Assembly: GCA_965262115.1 (NCBI GenBank)
Contig: OZ253496.1
Span: 875,802 to 907,801 of the forward strand
Source of the DNA: Nitrospinales bacterium
GTDB taxonomy: Bacteria; Nitrospinota; Nitrospinia; Nitrospinales; VA-1
DNA length: 32,000 bases
Direction: 5' to 3'
The notes beneath the pieces were generated by a model. That model was not told the DNA's origin. It did not search any database and saw only the letters and a program-made list of their open reading frames with translations. Shown piece after piece: positions 26,172-32,000 of this stretch (positions are counted from its first letter, which is position 1; every line of letters begins with the position of its first letter). The position numbers were made by a program, and so were the translations under genes.

Positions 26172-27941
26172 TTAGCGTTTTTGATGAAGATTATTCATAG
26201 GCAGGCTGAAGTGAAATGTAGCACCATGACCGAGCTGGCTATCGACCCCGATACTTCCCTGATGTTCTTCGACAATTCTCTGGGCAATGGCCAACCCCAA
26301 CCCGGAACTGCTTTCACCTGCAGTGGGGCGAGCGCTTAATTTTTGAAAATGCTGGAATAACTGTCCTTGCTCATCCGCGGAAATCCCCGGCCCTTCATCC
26401 TTTACGCTTAAAGTCATGGTTTCCCCATGCGACACCAGTTTGACAAAAACCTCTTTATCAGGCGGCGAATACTTCACTGCGTTGCTGAGAAGGTTATCCA
26501 CCACCTGCCCGATTCGGTTTGCATCAAAATAAAATTCAGGAACCTCTTCAAAATCCGCATGGAGCCTGATATTTTTTTTGTCCGCCAAAATCTGTTGCAG
26601 ATGAATCTTCTCTTCTGCAAGTTTTTTTATGGATGACTTTTCGGGATTCAATTTCAACTGGCCGCTTTCGATCACCGAGATATCCAGAAGGTTGCTGATC
26701 AGTTCCAGCATATTTCCGCTGACATTTTTAATGGTTGTTAAAAACTCCTGCCGGGTATCTTCTTTGACTTGCGTTCCTTTATCTAAAAGAAACTTGGAAT
26801 AGCCGCGAATGGAAGCAAGAGGATTCCTGAGGTCATGCGATGCGATCCCGAGAAATTTATTTTTCAAATCGTTCACCTCAACAAGCTTCTCGTTCGCCAG
26901 AGTCAGTTCTTCCGTGCGAACCTGAACCTCTCTCTCCACAACGCGGGTCCGCGATGCCATCATCTCAATGATGATGGAAAGGAACAGAGCCCCTGAAAAG
27001 ATAGCAACGCCCACCCAGAACGCGTTTAATGTTTGAGGACCGTCGCGAAACTCCCTGGTCGCCTGCCAAACCAGGAACCATCGACGATTGGAAACATTGA
27101 CCACGTTGGTGATGCTCATGGCCGGGTTCTTCAACGGACTACCATAAAGCAGGTTTCCCTCAACCAGTTCGCCTTCTTCATAAACGGTCAAGTTCATCCC
27201 TTTGGGAATATAAGGACTGACCATTTGGTCAATCATGTCCTGCACCCGGTATATGCCCAGCACAAAACCTTTTAGATGCTCCCGCCGTTCTTCAGTGCGT
27301 TCCGCCCTTTTATTATAGAAGGGAGCCAGGATGATGAGATCCGATTGCGAGTGGGCATTGGGAACCGGGCCAAACCGCGAAGCCGCAACCGCCCTGCCCG
27401 AATCTCTGGCAGCATTGGCAAGCTGTAACAATTGTGGATCGGAGGCCAGGTCAAACCCCAGCGTCTGTTCATTGCCGGGAAGCGGCTCCGAATAATGCAC
27501 CGGAAAATATTCCTGCTTCGCCTCGGAAGGGCCGGAAGATCCAAAGATATGAAACTCGGCATATCCCACAGAACGGGTAATGCCTTCGAACCCTTCCCTT
27601 TCAGAGTGGTCAATGCGCGGAACCCACTCAAACGCCTGAATGAAAGGATGATTCCCTAAAAGGGGCTGAACATAAACTCCAAACTCTTCCCGGCTTACAA
27701 ACTCCGAAGAACGGTAAAGAGAAACGATGCCGCCCAATTCCCTTTTCACCACTTCAAGTTCACCGGTCAAAATAAGGGTGTCTTCCAGCACCTCTTGTTC
27801 CAGTTCATCAAACCAGACTTTCTGAGCCCGGTCGCGGACAATGCCCCAACTCATCACAGCCAGAATCAATCCCGCTATCAGTACACCTCTGGTCTGGCTT
27901 GCCAATGATCTCATTCCATCTTTCTCTGAAATTGTAAACAT
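26172..27941 (-). CDS. CHASE-domain membrane sensor histidine kinase
   Basis: N-terminal TM, CHASE-like NHPFIQAFEWVPRI...FDLASDP, second TM, then FLGIASHDLRNPLASIRGYSKFL (H box), NLLSNAVKYSPP (N box), and GPGISADEQGQLFQHF. Confidence 0.9.
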   Translation of the reverse strand: MFTISEKDGMRSLASQTRGVLIAGLILAVMSWGIVRDRAQKVWFDELEQEVLEDTLILTGELEVVKRELGGIVSLYRSSEFVSREEFGVYVQPLLGNHPFIQAFEWVPRIDHSEREGFEGITRSVGYAEFHIFGSSGPSEAKQEYFPVHYSEPLPGNEQTLGFDLASDPQLLQLANAARDSGRAVAASRFGPVPNAHSQSDLIILAPFYNKRAERTEERREHLKGFVLGIYRVQDMIDQMVSPYIPKGMNLTVYEEGELVEGNLLYGSPLKNPAMSITNVVNVSNRRWFLVWQATREFRDGPQTLNAFWVGVAIFSGALFLSIIIEMMASRTRVVEREVQVRTEELTLANEKLVEVNDLKNKFLGIASHDLRNPLASIRGYSKFLLDKGTQVKEDTRQEFLTTIKNVSGNMLELISNLLDISVIESGQLKLNPEKSSIKKLAEEKIHLQQILADKKNIRLHADFEEVPEFYFDANRIGQVVDNLLSNAVKYSPPDKEVFVKLVSHGETMTLSVKDEGPGISADEQGQLFQHFQKLSARPTAGESSSGLGLAIAQRIVEEHQGSIGVDSQLGHGATFHFSLPMNNLHQKR

Positions 27942-28097
27942 GATCAGTTTATCATTTTTTTCTTAAAATTAACGCCACCCGGCCGCAGCGTGATGCTGGA
28001 CTCAAATTGTAATAACTCTTTCCGGTTAACAAAGAGCTGGCTCGGCTTAAAAAACTTTATTATATTCCTTCTCACGGGAGTGAGCTACAATCATAAA

Positions 28098-29468
28098 ATG
28101 ACCAACGAATTAATATTTGTAGTCGATGACGATGCCCCGCTAAGAGGCTTGATGAAAGCACTTCTGGAAGACCAAGGCTACACAGTGCGGGATTTCGAAA
28201 GCGGTCACGCCTTGCTCGACTCGTTGGACGACAGCCCTTCTCTGATCCTGCTTGACGTGATGATGCCTGGGCTTGATGGGGTGGAAACCTTGAAGCGGAT
28301 CAAAGCCGCGCGTCCGGACCTGCCGGTCATTATGCTGACCAGTGTTGACAAGGTGGAAACTGCGGTGGAAGTCATTAAACAGGGCGCTTACGATTATTTA
28401 TTGAAGCCTGTTGACGAGCCTCGCCTGTTCACCTGCCTGGATAAAGCTTTTGAACAAAGAAATCTTGTTCGCAAGGTCAACCACCTGCAAGGCGAAGTGG
28501 ACCGTCTATCCGGCAAATATGGCATCATCGGAAAAAGCAAGACGCTCAATGAAACACTGAAAAAAGTTCATCAGGTCTCTGCCAGCAAAGCTGGTGTCCT
28601 CATCCTTGGGGAAACCGGAACCGGCAAGGAACTCATTGCCCGCGCCGTCCACCGAAACAGTTCCTACGCCACCGGGCCTTTTGTCGACATCAATTGTGGA
28701 GCTATCCCTGAAACGCTTCAGGAAAGCGAATTATTCGGCCATAAAAAAGGCGCTTTCACTGGTGCCATCGAGTCCCGTGTGGGAAAACTGGAACTGGCGA
28801 ATGGGGGTACTCTGTTTCTCGATGAAGTGGCGGAAATGAGCCCCGCCACTCAGGCAAAACTTCTGCGTTTTCTACAGAAAAAAAGTTTTGAACGCGTCGG
28901 TGACAACCAGAAAATCCAAGTCGATACCCGTGTGGTCTGTGCGACCAACAAGAATCTTAAGACTTTAATCGACAAAGGAAGCTTTCGCGAAGACCTTTAT
29001 TATCGGATCGCCGTTTTCCCCATCGAAGTTCCCGCGCTTCGTGACCGGGTGGAGGACATTCCCCTGCTCTGCACCCACTTCCTCAAAAAATATCAGGAAG
29101 AGGTTGGCAAGGACGTTCTGTCGGTCAGCGATGAAGCCATGCAGATTTTGCAGGATTATTCATGGCCAGGAAATATCCGCCAATTGGAAAACACAATTTA
29201 CCAGTCCATGATCGTCACTTCCTACGACACCATAGATGCCGACTGCCTGCCGGAAGGAGTCTGCGACTCTTCAGCTCCTGCTAATGAGAAGATAAACGAA
29301 AAAGCTTCTTCCGGTTCCACAATCTTCACCCCCTACCATGATGTGGTCAAACAAACCTTGAAGCAGGCCCTGGAACAAACCGGTGGAAACATTCCCGGCG
29401 CGGCCAAGGCTTTGGGTATCAGCCGCAGCACGTTTTACCGCATGCTGAAAAAATACCAACTGAACTGA
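28098..29468 (+). CDS. Sigma54-dependent response regulator (NtrC/AtoC family)
   Basis: Receiver [12 protein letters not shown]...[15 protein letters not shown]+ [27 protein letters not shown] (GAFTGA), [10 protein letters not shown]-terminal Fis-like [25 protein letters not shown]. Confidence 0.95.
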   Translation: MTNELIFVVDDDAPLRGLMKALLEDQGYTVRDFESGHALLDSLDDSPSLILLDVMMPGLDGVETLKRIKAARPDLPVIMLTSVDKVETAVEVIKQGAYDYLLKPVDEPRLFTCLDKAFEQRNLVRKVNHLQGEVDRLSGKYGIIGKSKTLNETLKKVHQVSASKAGVLILGETGTGKELIARAVHRNSSYATGPFVDINCGAIPETLQESELFGHKKGAFTGAIESRVGKLELANGGTLFLDEVAEMSPATQAKLLRFLQKKSFERVGDNQKIQVDTRVVCATNKNLKTLIDKGSFREDLYYRIAVFPIEVPALRDRVEDIPLLCTHFLKKYQEEVGKDVLSVSDEAMQILQDYSWPGNIRQLENTIYQSMIVTSYDTIDADCLPEGVCDSSAPANEKINEKASSGSTIFTPYHDVVKQTLKQALEQTGGNIPGAAKALGISRSTFYRMLKKYQLN

Positions 29469-29626
29469 CATCATCCCATTCTGACCCTGACAAAATCCCG
29501 CAATGGGACGATCCTGTCCCGAAATGGCATTTGCTGACCCGGCCTTCCTCTTCCCTTCCCAACAACTATTTCCAAACTCCTTGTGAAATCATAAGTTAAG
29601 GATTTTATTTTTTTCTCGGCTATTCC

Positions 29627-29640
29627 GGCACAGGCTTTGC
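29627..29640 (+). promoter_or_regulatory. Sigma54 (-24/-12) promoter
   Basis: CCGGCACAGGCTTTGCT has GG-N10-GC spacing (29627-28 and 29639-40) 38 bp before the ATG at 29678 and just downstream of the sigma54-activator gene. Confidence 0.72.
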
Positions 29641-29677
29641 TCTCTATAAAGTTGAAAGACCAGAAAGGAAGGCACCT

Positions 29678-29905
29678 ATGAAAAACTCAAACGCAAAGAT
29701 ATCTCAACCTGTTGGCGCCGAATTGCAACACCTCGACCCGCACTCAGTCCTCGCTGAACGCAAACAGAGGCGTGCATGCATCCCGCGGATGCCTTCCCCG
29801 CTGGATACAGTTGGGACCGGGAGTGACCTCCTTTTCCCGGTCCCTCCCCTCAACGGGAAAAATTTATCAAGAAACATAGAGGGAAAACATCATGAAAAAT
29901 TTTAA
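29678..29905 (+). CDS. Short conserved-looking ORF (75 aa), unknown
   Basis: RBS-like GAAAGGAAGG upstream; overlaps the next gene start. Confidence 0.4.
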   Translation: MKNSNAKISQPVGAELQHLDPHSVLAERKQRRACIPRMPSPLDTVGTGSDLLFPVPPLNGKNLSRNIEGKHHEKF

Positions 29906-30707
29906 CTTTGTGGCAATCACTACCGTAATTGCGCTGGCTTTGGCCGGCAATGCTCAGGCAAAAAAATCAAGTTATGAAGAAATACAGGTTTCCAATGGCG
30001 GGTCTATTTCAGGAAGCGTGGTGTTCAATGGCAACGTTCTCGACCCCATCCTGGAAGATTTGAGCAAAGGCAAAAATGCCGAGTTCTGCGCCACCCATCC
30101 CGACACCCTGGAAGGTGGAATCCGACCCCGGCAAAAGGTCATCGTTCATGATGGAAAACTTGAAAACGCAGTGGTATTGATCGAAAACATCAGCAAGGGG
30201 AAAGCCTGGTCGCAAGAAACTGTGAATTTTGATTTCCGGCAATGCGATATTTTCCCCAAGGTAACGGTCATCCGCAAATCCCCGAAAGGAACCAAGAAGG
30301 GATTAGTAAAGATCACCAACCAGGACGAAAATATCCTGCACAACCCGCACGGTTATTCCATCAAAGGTGCCAACAGGAAAACGCTGTTCAACAAACCGCT
30401 TCCGTCAAAAGGTTCTGTGGCCGATGTCACAAAATCTCTCAAACGGTTCAAACCGAAAAAGGATTCCCATTTCTTCCTGCAATGCGATCAGCACAGCTAT
30501 ATGGAAGCTGATGCGCGAATTGTCTGGAATCCCTACTACACCGTAAGCAGCAAAGATGGTTCCTTCACGCTGGACCATATCCCAGCCGGAAAATACAGAG
30601 TCACAGCATGGCACCCCTATGTTGGGCAGGTGACTCAAGAGATCACGGTGGCAGAAGGAGCCAAGGCCAGCACCAACTTTGAATTAGCAGGCAAAAAATC
30701 ATTCTAA
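29892..30707 (+). CDS. Exported cupredoxin-like protein with carboxypeptidase-regulatory-like tail
   Basis: Signal peptide MKNFNFVAITTVIALALAGNAQA; NILHNPHGY plus FFLQCDQHSYMEAD (His...CxxHxxM blue-copper ligand pattern); DGSFTLDHIPAGKYRVTAWHP. Confidence 0.75.
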   Translation: MKNFNFVAITTVIALALAGNAQAKKSSYEEIQVSNGGSISGSVVFNGNVLDPILEDLSKGKNAEFCATHPDTLEGGIRPRQKVIVHDGKLENAVVLIENISKGKAWSQETVNFDFRQCDIFPKVTVIRKSPKGTKKGLVKITNQDENILHNPHGYSIKGANRKTLFNKPLPSKGSVADVTKSLKRFKPKKDSHFFLQCDQHSYMEADARIVWNPYYTVSSKDGSFTLDHIPAGKYRVTAWHPYVGQVTQEITVAEGAKASTNFELAGKKSF

Positions 30708-30755
30708 CCGTGAAATTCCATGAACCATCATTATTTAGTAAGAGGAGAAAAGAAA

Positions 30756-31184
30756 ATGAAACGAATTATTATATTAACCGCAGTCAGTATGCTGTTGTTC
30801 ACAACAGCCACCTGGGCGGCCAGTAACTGCCCACAGCTCCGAAAAACCAAATCGGCCCCTTCCAACATCGCGTCGATGGACAAGACCGCCAAAGCCGATG
30901 CGGGAAAAGGAAAAAAGATCTATGAAAAAGGGGCCAAACCTCTGGCCTGTAAAATGTGCCATGGAGAAAGCGGCGACGGCATGGGCAAACTGGGCAAAGC
31001 GCTGAAACCCAACCCGCGCAACTTCACCTGTAGCACTACCATGAAAGATGTTTCTGCCGGACAAATGTTCTGGGTCATCAAAAACGGGTCAACCGGAACC
31101 GGAATGGTCGCTCACAAAAAAACATTGAAGGATAAAGAGATTTGGGATGTGGTGAAATACATCCGCCAAACCTGGGTCCGTTAG
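30756..31184 (+). CDS. Exported monohaem c-type cytochrome
   Basis: Signal peptide ...FTTATWA, one CKMCHGESGDGMG haem site, and a downstream Met-containing FWVIKNGSTGTGMVAHKKTL. Confidence 0.9.
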   Translation: MKRIIILTAVSMLLFTTATWAASNCPQLRKTKSAPSNIASMDKTAKADAGKGKKIYEKGAKPLACKMCHGESGDGMGKLGKALKPNPRNFTCSTTMKDVSAGQMFWVIKNGSTGTGMVAHKKTLKDKEIWDVVKYIRQTWVR

Positions 31185-31307
31185 GCACGGGGCCAGCTTG
31201 CAATAGCATTATCAGCTAGCGAAGAGTTGTCTCGGCTTAAACAAACCATAGTAGTTTTTCAATAATTCCCCCTGACAAGGGGGATTAAGGGTGTTTGCTT
31301 TAAACAG

Positions 31308-31345
31308 AGGGTTCGTCCACTGTCAAGGGGACGAACCCTTTTTTT
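31308..31345 (+). terminator. Rho-independent terminator
   Basis: AGGGTTCGTCC-ACTGTCAAGG-GGACGAACCCT followed by a T run. Confidence 0.85.
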
Positions 31346-31383
31346 CGTGGAGCAGAACCATGAACCCCAAATCACCCCAGCCC

Positions 31384-31430
31384 TTGTGATATTTCTTCCT
31401 CAACTTTCATGCCCGGTACGGGTACTTTGA
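31384..31430 (+). repeat. Dispersed intergenic repeat, copy 5
   Basis: TTGTGATATTTCTTCCTCAACTTTCATGCCCGGTACGGGTACTTTGA. Confidence 0.5.
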
Positions 31431-31608
31431 AAAAGAGTGGTCCATTGAAGCTCCCTCTTCTACGAAGAGGGTTGAGGAGATTTGCTTTTTGCCTCCTCTC
31501 CCTTCATAGGGAGGGACTGAGGGAGGGTTGGATTAAAAGTTGCGCGTTTAGGAAGGATCAAGCAGGTTCTTGACTATAACTTTGCCTCCCTCGCCAGAGG
31601 GCCGGTTT

Positions 31609-31992
31609 TTATTTTTGTTCGGCCTGAGGCGGGTTTAGTTTTTCCAGTTCATATTTTTCGATCAGGCCCTCCAGTTTCTTATTAAAAGCTTCCGACTGCG
31701 TGTGTTCCCTGCCCCATTCACTACCAATCACCCCCGCTTCGCGGCTGATGAGGGGCATCTTTTCCTTCCACTCATTCCAGAAAGGCGTCTCAAACATGGT
31801 GATGAGTTTTTTTACCGTCTCGTGCGACATATGCTTGTCATAAACCGGAATCACCCGGGTCACTAAATCATCCATTTCCTTCTTGCCGATCAGTTGATTG
31901 AACTCGCCCCAGAACGCTTCGGGAACATTGGGGAATGACCCCGTCACCATCATTGAGACATTGTTCAGGAGAGAGTCCTGCATATAATCCAA
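31609..31992 (-). CDS. DUF2059-like protein (partial view, gene may extend beyond the window)
   Basis: FPNVPEAFWGEFNQLIGKKEMDDLVTRVIPVYDKHMSHETVKKLITMFETPFWNEWKEKMPLI. Confidence 0.65.
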   Translation of the reverse strand: MDYMQDSLLNNVSMMVTGSFPNVPEAFWGEFNQLIGKKEMDDLVTRVIPVYDKHMSHETVKKLITMFETPFWNEWKEKMPLISREAGVIGSEWGREHTQSEAFNKKLEGLIEKYELEKLNPPQAEQK

Positions 31993-32000
31993 CTGATCCA

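Noticed and set aside
1-32000. CRISPR array, retron, phage-defence or toxin-antitoxin system
   Set aside because: No regularly spaced direct repeats, cas genes, reverse transcriptase or recognisable defence modules were seen in the sequence.

Overview
The window reads as bacterial chromosome with mostly housekeeping genes: rsmD, mnmA, an inositol monophosphatase-family gene, an M48 peptidase, speA, lysA, a PCD/glutaredoxin-like pair, a cytochrome b/TlpA/PCYCGC cluster, bpt, ald, and tRNA-Glu and tRNA-Gln. It also has several accessory islands. The standout is a compact operon at about 15.77-19.48 kb. A MerR-type regulator with the three-cysteine pattern of mercury-responsive MerR is divergent from six co-directional genes: a Cys-rich DUF169 protein, a thioredoxin-fold protein, a class I SAM methyltransferase, an HgcA-like corrinoid/membrane protein with the cap-helix-like sequence NVWCAAAEG, a small Cys-rich protein, and a double TRASH/YHS-like metal-binding protein. 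The last four overlap translationally. The intergenic region carries a textbook MerR-family promoter (TTGAAC, 19-bp spacer, TATATT, over a perfect 9-3-9 palindrome). No HgcB-type ferredoxin is visible in the window. Secondary points of interest are an EgtD-like methyltransferase divergent from a haem-oxygenase-like diiron-type protein, a CHASE histidine kinase/sigma54-activator pair next to a sigma54-promoted cupredoxin/cytochrome c unit, a dispersed intergenic repeat family, a tRNA-like integration scar, and two disrupted genes (an SPFH-type frameshift and a Sel1-repeat amber). All assignments come from reading sequence and motifs by eye; no database search was run.
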